Below, one piece after another: positions 1 to 9,310 of a DNA stretch of 64,000 bases. This stretch comes from a virus. A program made the translations under genes and the position numbers. The notes under the pieces were generated by a model. It had not been told where the DNA came from. It saw only the letters and a list, made by a program, of their open reading frames with translations, and searched no databases. Within the stretch, counting starts at the first letter, position 1, and each line of letters starts with the position of its first letter. The stretch lies in IMG/VR virus record IMGVR_UViG_3300045988_076381; one strand, written 5' to 3'.

Positions 1-4
1 AGGG

Positions 5-454
5 ATGGACGCAAGGGCTAGCTTTAGTAATATTGATCCAAAAGATTTAATTAAATATGGTCCTGTTGTATATACTTTAGATGCGGAAACAAAAAAAATT
101 AAATCTATCTCGATGCAGCCAGGGTCAAGAGTTTTAGTTCCTTTAGATATTCATACAAGTATTCCGGAAGGTTATATGATTACTTTACATATTCGTAGTG
201 GAGTAGCTCTTAAAGATGGATTGATTCTTGGAAATGCAATTGGGATTATAGATTTTGATTATAGAGGGAATTATGGAACTATTTTAGTAAATCCTTCATG
301 GAATAAACCTGTAGATATCTCAGAAGGAGATAGAATTTGCCAATTAATTCTTCAAAAGGTAGAGACATGTGAATGGGAAGAAGTAGATAATTTAGAAGAT
401 TTAGATGTAACAAATAGAGGGATTGGTGGATTTGGATCAACTGGAAAACAATGA
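5..454 (+). CDS. dut: dUTP pyrophosphatase (trimeric dUTPase)
   Basis: 149-aa ORF with dUTPase motifs IRSGVALK, GIIDFDYRGNYG, GDRICQL and C-terminal RGIGGFGSTG. Confidence 0.92.
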   Translation: MDARASFSNIDPKDLIKYGPVVYTLDAETKKIKSISMQPGSRVLVPLDIHTSIPEGYMITLHIRSGVALKDGLILGNAIGIIDFDYRGNYGTILVNPSWNKPVDISEGDRICQLILQKVETCEWEEVDNLEDLDVTNRGIGGFGSTGKQ

Positions 455-744
455 TGCTTATATTAGAAATATTAGGAATTGAATTTTCTACTCCGAATAA
501 ATCAGGATGTAAAATATTATTCGATGAAATAGAAAATATAGATCTTATTAGGAAAGCTTCTAGATGTATATATAATTACCAACAAGATTTAAATTTTAAA
601 ACATTACAGAATGTATTCTCCTATGATCTTAATGTAGATCAAGATCTAATGAATTATATAGAAGTGATGTCAGAAGATTTTGATCATATTTCTAGCATAG
701 TAATACATACTATAAAACATATAAATGAAGAGATTATGTTCTAA
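451..744 (+). CDS. hypothetical early protein (97 aa)
   Basis: ORF tightly coupled to its neighbours: ATGA overlap with the dut stop and TAATG overlap with the helicase start. No recognisable motif. Confidence 0.5.
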   Translation: MMLILEILGIEFSTPNKSGCKILFDEIENIDLIRKASRCIYNYQQDLNFKTLQNVFSYDLNVDQDLMNYIEVMSEDFDHISSIVIHTIKHINEEIMF

Positions 745-2246
745 TGGAGAATGCAAATAACATATTTTCTGAATTTGGAAGTGCTTTAATACAAGAAAAA
801 GAAGATCAAGAGTTGGAATCTGAAATAAAAGGATTCCATACTCTGGATTTTGAATTATCTTGGGAACAATTATCTGCAATTAAGAAAATTATTAAGTTTA
901 TAAATAATAAAAACATTAGTAACAAAGACAACACTGATAATAATAAATTATTATTGTCTGGAAAAGCTGGAACAGGTAAAACTTCAGTTATATCACAAGT
1001 AATAGCATATTTAGATAACCATAGTTATGATTATGTAGTATGTGCTCCAACTCATAAAGCTAGGATTAATCTAGAGAAACTTACTAAGACTGAAACATTA
1101 ACATTACATCAGTTATTGTTGTTAAAGCCTAATCTAGAAATTGAACAATTAAATATTAAAGAATTAGAATTTCAAAGTGGGTTGAAACATAATTGGAAAG
1201 CTAGAATTCCTAGATTAGTAATAGTAGATGAATGCAGTATGATAACCTCTGATTTATACGAGTTTATAGATAAAGAGTTAGTATCAAAAAGGAATGTAAA
1301 GATAGTTTTTCTAGGTGATTCAGCACAACTACGAGGAGTTAAAGATTTAGAAATATCTAAAGTATTCTCTTTAAAGAATAAAATAGAATTAACCAAAATA
1401 TACCGACAGAAAGATGAAGCTCCGTTATTATATTTATTAGATGAATTAAGAACATCTCCACATTTTGGTAGGTTTAAAGAGTTTAAGTCCAACTATGGAT
1501 CTTTATATAACTGTAACAATGTAAAAGATTTTATAATCGAAGCTGGAAAGAATTTTAAGAAGGCTATTAGTAAAGAAGATCCGTACTTATGTAGAATTCT
1601 TACATATACAAATAAAAGATTAAATGAGTATAATACTGTACTTAATAAACTTTTATTTAATAATAATGAAGAATATAATATTGGAGGATTTCTAACTGGA
1701 TATGATAACTTTGAGTCCGATGATTATTTTGGAAAAATATATAACTCTCTAGATTATATAATAAAAGATGTAAAGCCTTATATTAAACCTCCATCTCAAA
1801 TATTTCCTCTAGAATTAAAGGGATTTATATTAACTTTAAGAGATTTTATATATGAAGATGATATAGAAGTATTTATTATATCTAAATATATAGATCCTGA
1901 AATATTAAATTCTTTTATATCCTTATTTGAAACAACTAGACTAACCGCTCTAAAAGTAGACAAGAAAGTAAATTCTAGATTATATGGAGCATTGTGGAGT
2001 AAATATTATAAGTTACAACAATACTTTGCATCCCCGATTGATTTATATTATGATGGGAGATTAATAAAATCAGCAACACTAAAGCCTGGATATGCTATTT
2101 CAACACATAAAAGCCAAGGAAGCTCGATTACTAATGTTTATATAGATATGAAAGATATTTTAAGATGTAAAGATGAAGAGGAATTAAGACAATTACAATA
2201 TGTAGCATTGTCTAGAACTAAAAATAACATTTATTTATTAAATTAA
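744..2246 (+). CDS. SF1 DNA helicase, Dda/RecD-like
   Basis: Walker A GKAGTGKTS, Walker B VIVDECSM, motif III FLGDSAQL, motif V STHKSQGSS, motif VI YVALSRTK. Confidence 0.88.
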   Translation: MENANNIFSEFGSALIQEKEDQELESEIKGFHTLDFELSWEQLSAIKKIIKFINNKNISNKDNTDNNKLLLSGKAGTGKTSVISQVIAYLDNHSYDYVVCAPTHKARINLEKLTKTETLTLHQLLLLKPNLEIEQLNIKELEFQSGLKHNWKARIPRLVIVDECSMITSDLYEFIDKELVSKRNVKIVFLGDSAQLRGVKDLEISKVFSLKNKIELTKIYRQKDEAPLLYLLDELRTSPHFGRFKEFKSNYGSLYNCNNVKDFIIEAGKNFKKAISKEDPYLCRILTYTNKRLNEYNTVLNKLLFNNNEEYNIGGFLTGYDNFESDDYFGKIYNSLDYIIKDVKPYIKPPSQIFPLELKGFILTLRDFIYEDDIEVFIISKYIDPEILNSFISLFETTRLTALKVDKKVNSRLYGALWSKYYKLQQYFASPIDLYYDGRLIKSATLKPGYAISTHKSQGSSITNVYIDMKDILRCKDEEELRQLQYVALSRTKNNIYLLN

Positions 2247-2247
2247 A

Positions 2248-2781
2248 ATGGATTATAATATAGACTTAAATTTTCCAAAAGATATTCCTGTAGAGATTTA
2301 TACTCCAGGAGGAGAATTACTCGCTACTGTAACTACTCAAACTGAACTTTTATATATCACAAATCAGATTAGATCACAGGAATTAAAAGGATTCTATATT
2401 AAGTTCAAAGATTTAGAAATACGTATAACTAAAGATGGAACTTTAGAAAGTACTCCTGAGGAAATGTTCTGTAATTATCGTAAAATTATTAATGAGACTA
2501 TATATGGAATGCCTTTTGAAGAATATAATAAAGTAAAAATAGAAGTAGACGTAAACGGAGTTTTAACTGAAGTATATTATAAAGGTAATTTCTATGCTAA
2601 ATATCTTTCTAGAATGAGTAAAGACTCCTTTACAATAAAAACATATCCAGAATGGATGGATGTAATAACTTCTGTAGAAATGGAAGGAACAACTCAAAGA
2701 AAGATATTAGAAGAACTTTCTAATGGAACATCTTTTACAACTATATGTAATCTTTTACTATCTAATGAGAACAACGTATAA
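2248..2781 (+). CDS. hypothetical protein (177 aa)
   Basis: ORF starts 2 nt after the helicase stop. No recognised motif. Confidence 0.55.
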   Translation: MDYNIDLNFPKDIPVEIYTPGGELLATVTTQTELLYITNQIRSQELKGFYIKFKDLEIRITKDGTLESTPEEMFCNYRKIINETIYGMPFEEYNKVKIEVDVNGVLTEVYYKGNFYAKYLSRMSKDSFTIKTYPEWMDVITSVEMEGTTQRKILEELSNGTSFTTICNLLLSNENNV

Positions 2782-3988
2782 GAATGAATTAATATCTAGA
2801 GATTCTAAAGGAAAAATTAGAGTAGTATATGCTAGTGCTAAATACCTCCCTATACCTAATGAATTTAGAATCTTTAAAAAAACTGGATTATTTAAAGGAA
2901 AACTCATTGAACAGCCTGAGAAAGTTATTACAGAAGGTAAAGCTAAAAGAACTGTTCATCAACAAGGAGATTTAGAATATAATTCTACTATATCTAAGTA
3001 TTTAGATAAAGGATATAAGAAAGTAGAAGAATTATTCACAAAGCCTTTGGATAAGTTATCAGAAGAAGAAATAAATGAAAAACTTCCGTTAATAAAAACT
3101 AATGCCGATAATGTTCCTATTCCAATGGGATGTAAAAAATATACGGAAGTAGCTACTAAAGCTTTTGATAAAGAATATTTAGCTTCAAGAAAATTGGATG
3201 GAGTAAAGTGTATCTTCTATCAGAGGGATGGAGAGATTAGGACAAGTTCCAGGGGCGGTAAAGACTACAACATAGCAGCAGAACATCTAATTAATGATCC
3301 TGCTATGATAGAGATATTTAAAAAGTATCCGGATATAATGTTAGATGGAGAAATTTATAAACATGGATGGCCGTTACAAAAGATCTCTGGATTAGCTAGA
3401 ACTAAGGAAATTACTCCTGAAAAATATCAAGATATTATCCAATTACAATATTGGATATACGATATCGCTGATGATAAAATGAAATTTGAGGATAGATGGG
3501 AATTAATGCAGGAACTAGAACCTATTATATCTAAATCGTTTCACTTAAAATTAGTAGAACAAACTCCAATTTCTGGATGGTTAGGAATCGATAAATTAAA
3601 TAAGAAATATGTAGCAGAAGGATTTGAAGGAGTAGTCATTAAACGATTAGACGCATATTATGGATATGGAAAGAAGACTAGCGCAGCTATAAAGATTAAG
3701 GACTATAAGGATGAAGAATTTCTTATTGTTGGATGGATTCGAGGATTAAGACCTGAAGAGGATATGTGTTTTGTAATGGAGACTAAATCTGGAAAAAGAT
3801 TCAAAGCAAAACCTGTAGGAGATAGGAATACTAAATTGGATTATATAAAGAATATGTCTAATATTATTGGACATATGGGTACTGTTACATATTTTAATAT
3901 GTCAGAAGGTGGAATTCCAACTCAACCTGTATTTAAAACAATTAGATATGAAGAAGATATATATAATAATTATGATGAAGAGGATTAA
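2765..3988 (+). CDS. lig: ATP-dependent DNA ligase
   Basis: Nucleotidyltransferase motifs: KLDGVK (motif I Lys), MLDGEIY (III), EGVVIK (IV), AAIKIKDYKDEEF (V). Start placed at ATG 2765 (MRTTYKNE) because the track start 2723 lies deep inside the upstream ORF. Confidence 0.85.
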   Translation: MRTTYKNELISRDSKGKIRVVYASAKYLPIPNEFRIFKKTGLFKGKLIEQPEKVITEGKAKRTVHQQGDLEYNSTISKYLDKGYKKVEELFTKPLDKLSEEEINEKLPLIKTNADNVPIPMGCKKYTEVATKAFDKEYLASRKLDGVKCIFYQRDGEIRTSSRGGKDYNIAAEHLINDPAMIEIFKKYPDIMLDGEIYKHGWPLQKISGLARTKEITPEKYQDIIQLQYWIYDIADDKMKFEDRWELMQELEPIISKSFHLKLVEQTPISGWLGIDKLNKKYVAEGFEGVVIKRLDAYYGYGKKTSAAIKIKDYKDEEFLIVGWIRGLRPEEDMCFVMETKSGKRFKAKPVGDRNTKLDYIKNMSNIIGHMGTVTYFNMSEGGIPTQPVFKTIRYEEDIYNNYDEED

Positions 3989-4001
3989 ATAATAATTGAA
4001 T

Positions 4002-4229
4002 ATGAAAATTGGCAGTAGAAAATCGATCAATGATGATCTTCAAAAGTATGATCATTTAAAAAATAAGTTTTCTCTTATAGAAATAACCGAATGGACTAAT
4101 GGAGAGGGATGGGATATAGCTATAAATGAAAAAATGCTTAATCTAACTTATGGAGAACTTGAAGCTATAAATTATCTTATTAAAGCATTAGATTATGAAT
4201 CCAATAAAGTCAAAGATAAAGATTATTAA
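4002..4229 (+). CDS. hypothetical protein (75 aa from ATG)
   Basis: The track ORF starts at TTG 3996; the ATG at 4002 is preferred. No motif. Confidence 0.45.
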   Translation: MKIGSRKSINDDLQKYDHLKNKFSLIEITEWTNGEGWDIAINEKMLNLTYGELEAINYLIKALDYESNKVKDKDY

Positions 4230-4668
4230 TCAATATAATAATCCTCTTTATTATTGGTGGAAAGTTAGAAAAATATTTAAAAGACCTAAATGTCATCTTA
4301 TAATTAAGAAAAATTTATGGTTTTTTGGACTTCCTATTAGAAGAGATTATTATAATCCTATTATAAGTATAAGATTCTCAGGGTTAGGATGGAAATGGAA
4401 ATATGATGAAGTTAGACATGAATGGGATCCTTATATTCAAATATGCTTATTTAGAAAATATCATATTGTATGGATATTTAATTGGGCAAAATATGATGAC
4501 TTAGATTCTAATACAATAAGTATGGCTACATGGGAAGCTATACTAGATTATTTATATAAGCATAAAACTGTACAGGAATGCGTAAATTTTAATGCTTGGA
4601 AGAGTGGTGAAAAGATTCTAACTATAAAAGAAAATATAAAGAAAAAGTATTTAAAAACTTTAAAATAA
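4195..4668 (+). CDS. hypothetical Trp-rich basic protein (157 aa)
   Basis: ORF in the + strand gene string with a 35-nt overlap with the upstream ORF. Trp/Lys/Arg-rich. No family recognised. Confidence 0.5.
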   Translation: MNPIKSKIKIINQYNNPLYYWWKVRKIFKRPKCHLIIKKNLWFFGLPIRRDYYNPIISIRFSGLGWKWKYDEVRHEWDPYIQICLFRKYHIVWIFNWAKYDDLDSNTISMATWEAILDYLYKHKTVQECVNFNAWKSGEKILTIKENIKKKYLKTLK

Positions 4669-4682
4669 TAAACATAAATTAT

Positions 4683-4710
4683 ATTAGAGATAATTTATTT
4701 TATCTCTAAT
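4683..4710 (+). terminator. intergenic hairpin (terminator-like)
   Basis: Perfect 11-bp inverted repeat ATTAGAGATAA / TTATCTCTAAT with a 6-nt loop, in the 58-nt gap after the 4195-4668 ORF. The downstream T-tract is weak. Confidence 0.4.
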
Positions 4711-4726
4711 ATTTAAATCATAATTT

Positions 4727-4996
4727 ATGAAGTATAAAAAGAAGCCTATAATCGTAGAAGCTATACAACTTTTAAATGATGATTATTCTATAGAAGAATG
4801 TTTAAAGTTTATATATAATGTTTTTATAACTGACGATGATATAAAAACTGTTAAAAATGATAAACATATACGTATTCAAACTTTAGAAGGAGATATGAAA
4901 GCTTCTTTTGGAGATTATATTATTAAAGGAGTAAATGGAGAATTTTATCCATGTAAACCGGATATTTTTGAAAAAACATATGAAAGTATTGAATAA
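4727..4996 (+). CDS. hypothetical protein (89 aa)
   Basis: ORF follows the intergenic hairpin. No motif recognised. Confidence 0.55.
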   Translation: MKYKKKPIIVEAIQLLNDDYSIEECLKFIYNVFITDDDIKTVKNDKHIRIQTLEGDMKASFGDYIIKGVNGEFYPCKPDIFEKTYESIE

Positions 4997-4997
4997 T

Positions 4998-5870
4998 ATG
5001 AGGAAAATATTTATTTTTATAACATTAATATCATTAGTATTTTTATTAACAAAATGTAATGGAGACATATATAAAAAGAATAAAAGTGAGTTAGTTAAAA
5101 CACTTTCTTCTATGGATTTATATACAGTTCCAGTGAAAGAAAATTTATCTACTATAGTAACATTCGGAAAGGATACTTTAGCGATAACTAATACTCCTAT
5201 AAATATATATATTCCAAATGTATTAAATAGATTTGATAGTCTTAAATTAGATACTATTGCTGTAGATACTAATAACTTATTTAGTCAATATGCTCAAACC
5301 ATATTATTTGAAGATATAGAGAGCAAAGATTATGATTTTAACGATCTTGTGATTTATATTAAAAATAAATGTAAGTATTTAAATAACAAAGATTACTTCT
5401 TGCAATCTATAGAAATCCAACCTATTGCTCTAGGAACTACACAGAATATAAAATTAGGATGTGTATTAAGTAACGGTTCTGAGTATATTATATCTAATAA
5501 TGTTAGAGAAGAGTTATTTAATAATCATAAAGGATATATAAATACAATATCAGGAAAAGGAAATATTAAATTTAAATCCTATTTAGCACTTGATAGTATT
5601 AGATTAAATAAAGACTCTAATCCATATATTGCTTGGTTCATTGAAATAAATAAAGCTAGATATTATTCAGTATGTTCAGAAATAGATTGTGAGGAATATA
5701 ATATGTTTGGAGATAGAGATATTCCATATGGACTAGTCTTTTATAATACTTTCATGTATTCGGAAGAAGGAAATCCTATATTTGAAGTATATAAGGACTT
5801 CTATCTTTGGAGAGATGGAAAAAGATCTTCAATAGGAGAATATTCTGATTCTAAATGCTATAGGTATTAA
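4998..5870 (+). CDS. secreted or lipoprotein-like LruC/DUF4842-domain protein
   Basis: Start at ATG 4998 gives the signal peptide MRKIFIFITLISLVFLLTKC. FEDIESKDYDFNDLVIY matches the remembered LruC/DUF4842 signature of Bacteroidota. The track start 4935 overlaps the upstream gene and was rejected. Confidence 0.65.
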   Translation: MRKIFIFITLISLVFLLTKCNGDIYKKNKSELVKTLSSMDLYTVPVKENLSTIVTFGKDTLAITNTPINIYIPNVLNRFDSLKLDTIAVDTNNLFSQYAQTILFEDIESKDYDFNDLVIYIKNKCKYLNNKDYFLQSIEIQPIALGTTQNIKLGCVLSNGSEYIISNNVREELFNNHKGYINTISGKGNIKFKSYLALDSIRLNKDSNPYIAWFIEINKARYYSVCSEIDCEEYNMFGDRDIPYGLVFYNTFMYSEEGNPIFEVYKDFYLWRDGKRSSIGEYSDSKCYRY

Positions 5871-5886
5871 AATATCATTTAAATAA

Positions 5887-6183
5887 ATGAAAGATTTATA
5901 TAACACTATAAATAAAATAATTAATAACAAATCTTTAAATTCTGAGGAAGCAACTAACTTAGTTCATATATATATTACAGAAGAGTTAGGAAAAGAACCA
6001 ACTTCCGAAGAACTTACAGAAGTATTAAAATTACTACAAAGAGGTATATTTGATTTTGAATATATGTTGGATATTATATTAAAGAAACCTCATGTATATG
6101 GATTATATACTTGTAGTATTTATTCTTCGTTAGATGAAAGTGGGAATAGAAAATTTATAAAAAGAACTCTTTATAGAAATTAG
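5887..6183 (+). CDS. hypothetical protein (98 aa)
   Basis: ORF in the co-directional string. No motif. Confidence 0.5.
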   Translation: MKDLYNTINKIINNKSLNSEEATNLVHIYITEELGKEPTSEELTEVLKLLQRGIFDFEYMLDIILKKPHVYGLYTCSIYSSLDESGNRKFIKRTLYRN

Positions 6184-6184
6184 A

Positions 6185-6352
6185 ATGGAAACCTATATTG
6201 ATTTTGATGAACCCTATACATCAGATGTATTTGATGATGTAGATCCTTTATTAGAAGTAGAAGAACTTCCGAAAGAAATTAGAAATGAGTTATTTAAAGA
6301 AATCGAAAAAGAATTTGAAGAGGAAGAAGAATCTGATTTATTAAAAGATTAA
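6185..6352 (+). CDS. small highly acidic protein (55 aa), not in the ORF track
   Basis: ATG 6185 to TAA 6350-6352 fills the gap between neighbours exactly: it starts 1 nt after the upstream stop and ends 2 nt before the next ATG. Product: METYIDFDEPYTSDVFDDVDPLLEVEELPKEIRNELFKEIEKEFEEEEESDLLKD. Confidence 0.55.
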   Translation: METYIDFDEPYTSDVFDDVDPLLEVEELPKEIRNELFKEIEKEFEEEEESDLLKD

Positions 6353-6354
6353 TT

Positions 6355-6567
6355 ATGAGAAATTTTAAAATTACTTTATCAACCGAAGAAATTATTTCGG
6401 AAGAAGAATTACTTGATATTATAAATTATTGTTATGATACTAATTATTTAACTTTTTCTGATATTCCCAAAGAATTGATAAAAGAATATATAATTAGCGA
6501 AATAGGAAGTATATTTTCTTTCGAAACCTCTAATATAGATATTAAAGAAGTATATTGTGAAGAATAA
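6355..6567 (+). CDS. hypothetical acidic protein (70 aa)
   Basis: ORF in the string. No motif. Confidence 0.5.
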   Translation: MRNFKITLSTEEIISEEELLDIINYCYDTNYLTFSDIPKELIKEYIISEIGSIFSFETSNIDIKEVYCEE

Positions 6568-6829
6568 ATATATTGATATTACTAGGGAAGATTGGATTAG
6601 TCTAATCTCCCTAGATAAAAATAATCCAATAAATAAAAAATTGGGAGCAAAATTTATTTGTCAAGAAGAAATTAAGAAGACGGAGGAAACTATTTTATAT
6701 AGAATATGTATAGAAGATATAAAATCAAAACGATTATTTTGTGTTAAATATATTCTATTTAAAGATTCCGAAGGAAAGCCTGACATAGCAATAAATACTG
6801 AATATACTGATAAATTATATAAAATCTAA
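6557..6829 (+). CDS. hypothetical protein (90 aa, GTG start)
   Basis: GTG start overlaps the upstream stop by 11 nt. There is no early in-frame ATG. Confidence 0.45.
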   Translation: MKNKYIDITREDWISLISLDKNNPINKKLGAKFICQEEIKKTEETILYRICIEDIKSKRLFCVKYILFKDSEGKPDIAINTEYTDKLYKI

Positions 6830-6833
6830 TAAA

Positions 6834-7880
6834 ATGCTTACATATTATTTAAGAAACTTCTGGCAGGATTGTAAAATAGATTCAATTCAAAAAATTCGAG
6901 AAGCTATTCCAAATATAGATGATGAAACACTTCTAGAAATTTTAGAAGGTAAAAAGAAAGCTGTAACTGAGGATGGTATAAATTTTACTATAGAAGATGA
7001 TCATGAGGAAGATAGAATGTATTTAAGTAGAGATAGTATACAAGAATCTTTTGAATACAAATTTAGGGATTTAGCTTCTCAGATTATGGGATATTCAAAA
7101 GGATTGTATCTTGATACAGATGAGGATAGAAAACATTATTACTCTCTTTTAAAAAATACTTTTGAGGAGATTCACGAATTAGAGAATAATTGGAAAGAGT
7201 TTTGTACTTTGATAAAATGTAATATAAATCTAAAAGTTAAAGATTATCTTTATGACGAAGAGTCTTTGGAAGCAGATAATGTTGATGTATTTAATTATGT
7301 CGAACATTTAGATTCTCCTAATAAAGCTTCTTCTTACAAGGACCTTGTTTCTGAATACCTATCCACACTAAACTTTAGTTTTAAATATGCTCTAGATTAT
7401 TTAATAGAAGAACGTGACTATCGAACTATAGAATTATTAAAATTAGATTCATCTAACGGATTAAATTATATCCCGGAGCATAAAAAAGCTCAATCTGAAT
7501 TAGATACTCTTAGAGGAGATAATATCTTTCCAGAAGATATTCTTGAATGTATATGGAATAGTGGTTGGTTATCTCCAAATGGAGAATTATATGGATGTCC
7601 AGATTATGATCATATAAATTTCTCTGATAGATTAGTTAAATATTTAAATTTATCAGGAACAAATTCTGATAGAATATTAGAAACTAATGGATATATTAAA
7701 TTCTCATGTGGAAGATGGTTATATATGGAGAAAGATTTTACTCCTACTATAGCCCAATTAGAAACAATTTTAAAATGGAATAAGGAAAAGAATAAGAGTC
7801 TTAAAATTTGTATTGGAGATGGATTATCAATGGTTAATGTAGATATTATAGAGTCTAAATTAAATTCTTTAAATAAATAA
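6834..7880 (+). CDS. hypothetical protein (348 aa)
   Basis: Long ORF in the string. No family recognised from memory. Confidence 0.6.
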   Translation: MLTYYLRNFWQDCKIDSIQKIREAIPNIDDETLLEILEGKKKAVTEDGINFTIEDDHEEDRMYLSRDSIQESFEYKFRDLASQIMGYSKGLYLDTDEDRKHYYSLLKNTFEEIHELENNWKEFCTLIKCNINLKVKDYLYDEESLEADNVDVFNYVEHLDSPNKASSYKDLVSEYLSTLNFSFKYALDYLIEERDYRTIELLKLDSSNGLNYIPEHKKAQSELDTLRGDNIFPEDILECIWNSGWLSPNGELYGCPDYDHINFSDRLVKYLNLSGTNSDRILETNGYIKFSCGRWLYMEKDFTPTIAQLETILKWNKEKNKSLKICIGDGLSMVNVDIIESKLNSLNK

Positions 7881-7881
7881 A

Positions 7882-8247
7882 ATGAAAGTACATAATTTCC
7901 AAATAGAGAAAAGAATGGAATTATTTAATCGGTGGGTTAAGAAAAGGGGCGAGAGAGATAACAATTTCACTAAATATTTTTATGATGGAGGTAATGATAT
8001 ATACATAACCCCATATCAATTACAAGATCCGGATTATATCATCCCAGAATGGAATAAGACTATCCCTTCAAGGTTAAGAAAGTTATATAATAAAATAGGA
8101 AAATTATGTAAAATCGATGGTGATGTTATTGGATATTTTGCTGGGATAGTATGTGATTATACTGATTTTTATTATAGAATAGTATTAGAAGATGAACCTA
8201 GAAGTATTTTACATTCATGTGTTGGAAAAATAGATTTTATTGATTAG
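7882..8247 (+). CDS. hypothetical protein (121 aa)
   Basis: ORF starts 2 nt after the upstream stop. Confidence 0.55.
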   Translation: MKVHNFQIEKRMELFNRWVKKRGERDNNFTKYFYDGGNDIYITPYQLQDPDYIIPEWNKTIPSRLRKLYNKIGKLCKIDGDVIGYFAGIVCDYTDFYYRIVLEDEPRSILHSCVGKIDFID

Positions 8248-8272
8248 TATTAACATTTTAAATATATTTATT

Positions 8273-8542
8273 ATGAATTATTCAGAGGTTATGGAATTAC
8301 TAACTGATGAAATACTTGAATTGTACGAAATAAAAAATAGTGATTACGGAAATTCTTTTTATAAGCAATTAGATGAGGATGGATTATTAGTATCTAAGAT
8401 TAGATTGCAGGATAAATTAAGTAGATTTTCATCTATTATTAAAAAAGGTACTATAGAAGTAAAGGATGAGAAGCTTAGAGACACATTAATTGATCTCGCT
8501 ACATATAGTATAATGACTGTTGCATGGATGGATAATAAGTAA
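8273..8542 (+). CDS. DUF1599-like (nucleotide-modification-associated) protein
   Basis: ATG 8273 (MNYSEVMELL) is preferred over the track start 8240. The pattern NSDYGNSF...DKLSRFSSI...DTLIDLATYSIM resembles DUF1599 as remembered. Confidence 0.5.
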   Translation: MNYSEVMELLTDEILELYEIKNSDYGNSFYKQLDEDGLLVSKIRLQDKLSRFSSIIKKGTIEVKDEKLRDTLIDLATYSIMTVAWMDNK

Positions 8543-8545
8543 AAC

Positions 8546-8923
8546 ATGAAGAAAACAATTAGAGATTTAAATCCAGACGATATTGTATGGGTTATCAGTT
8601 TTAATGAGATTGCTGAACATAAAGTTAAATATTGCAGACCTTATAATGATCATCATTGTTTAGTAATTAAAGATTTCTCCACTTCTAAAGGATATCCAAA
8701 TCTGTTAAGTGAACATCCTGTAGATTCGGATAGAAGTGTTGTATATATAGATAAACATTATATAGTACTTAATAAAGAAGATATTCATGAATACCAAATG
8801 AAGTGTCTTATAGAACGAAGAAATAAACTATATGGATTACTGAACGGATTAAGGAAAGCAGAACGAACTTATATAAACCAAATAGATGAAGTTGAAAATT
8901 TAATAAACAAATGCAATGAATAA
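8546..8923 (+). CDS. hypothetical protein (125 aa)
   Basis: ORF in the string. Confidence 0.5.
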   Translation: MKKTIRDLNPDDIVWVISFNEIAEHKVKYCRPYNDHHCLVIKDFSTSKGYPNLLSEHPVDSDRSVVYIDKHYIVLNKEDIHEYQMKCLIERRNKLYGLLNGLRKAERTYINQIDEVENLINKCNE

Positions 8924-9299
8924 TTTTGAAGCTGCTATAGTTAAATATGTCTGTCCTATATGTGGTAGTGTTGTTGAAGATAATATTATAATAAACTCTA
9001 GATTAACGGAAGAAGATGCTTCTAAGGTACGAGAGCTTCATAATAAAATTGTAGGTTATTCTGATCATGCTTGCGAGGAATGTTCTAAATATAAAGATGA
9101 TGTAGTATATTTTATCGAAATAGATTCAGAAGAGTCCGTTGGTAATGATATGCATAGAACTGGACGAATTAGTGGAATTAGAAAAGAATCTGAATTAGTC
9201 GCAGCTGCCGAGAAATATATAATTACTTTAGAAGATGGAACTAGGTTTTGTTATATAGATAAAAAGGAAGGAAAGAGAATTGGAATGTGGAATGATTAA
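8916..9299 (+). CDS. zinc-ribbon protein (127 aa)
   Basis: Two Cys pairs, CPICGS and CEECSKY, fit a Cys4 zinc ribbon. Confidence 0.55.
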   Translation: MNNFEAAIVKYVCPICGSVVEDNIIINSRLTEEDASKVRELHNKIVGYSDHACEECSKYKDDVVYFIEIDSEESVGNDMHRTGRISGIRKESELVAAAEKYIITLEDGTRFCYIDKKEGKRIGMWND

Positions 9300-9310
9300 A
9301 TTTTTAATGA

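Noticed and set aside
670-879. Short - strand ORFs inside the + arm: 670-879, 1172-1492, 4883-5068, 8359-8547 and 11070-11390.
   Set aside because: They are antisense to well-supported + strand genes (helicase, SLT and others) and have no independent support.
2723-2764. Upstream-extended starts from the ORF track: 2723 for the ligase, 4935 for the LruC-like gene, 8240 for the DUF1599-like gene, and 21237 and 31347 for the giant ORFs.
   Set aside because: The extensions overlap the preceding gene by 30-60 nt or encode implausible leaders. Downstream ATGs give tight gene packing, a proper signal peptide, or the conserved MAC/MGC junction.
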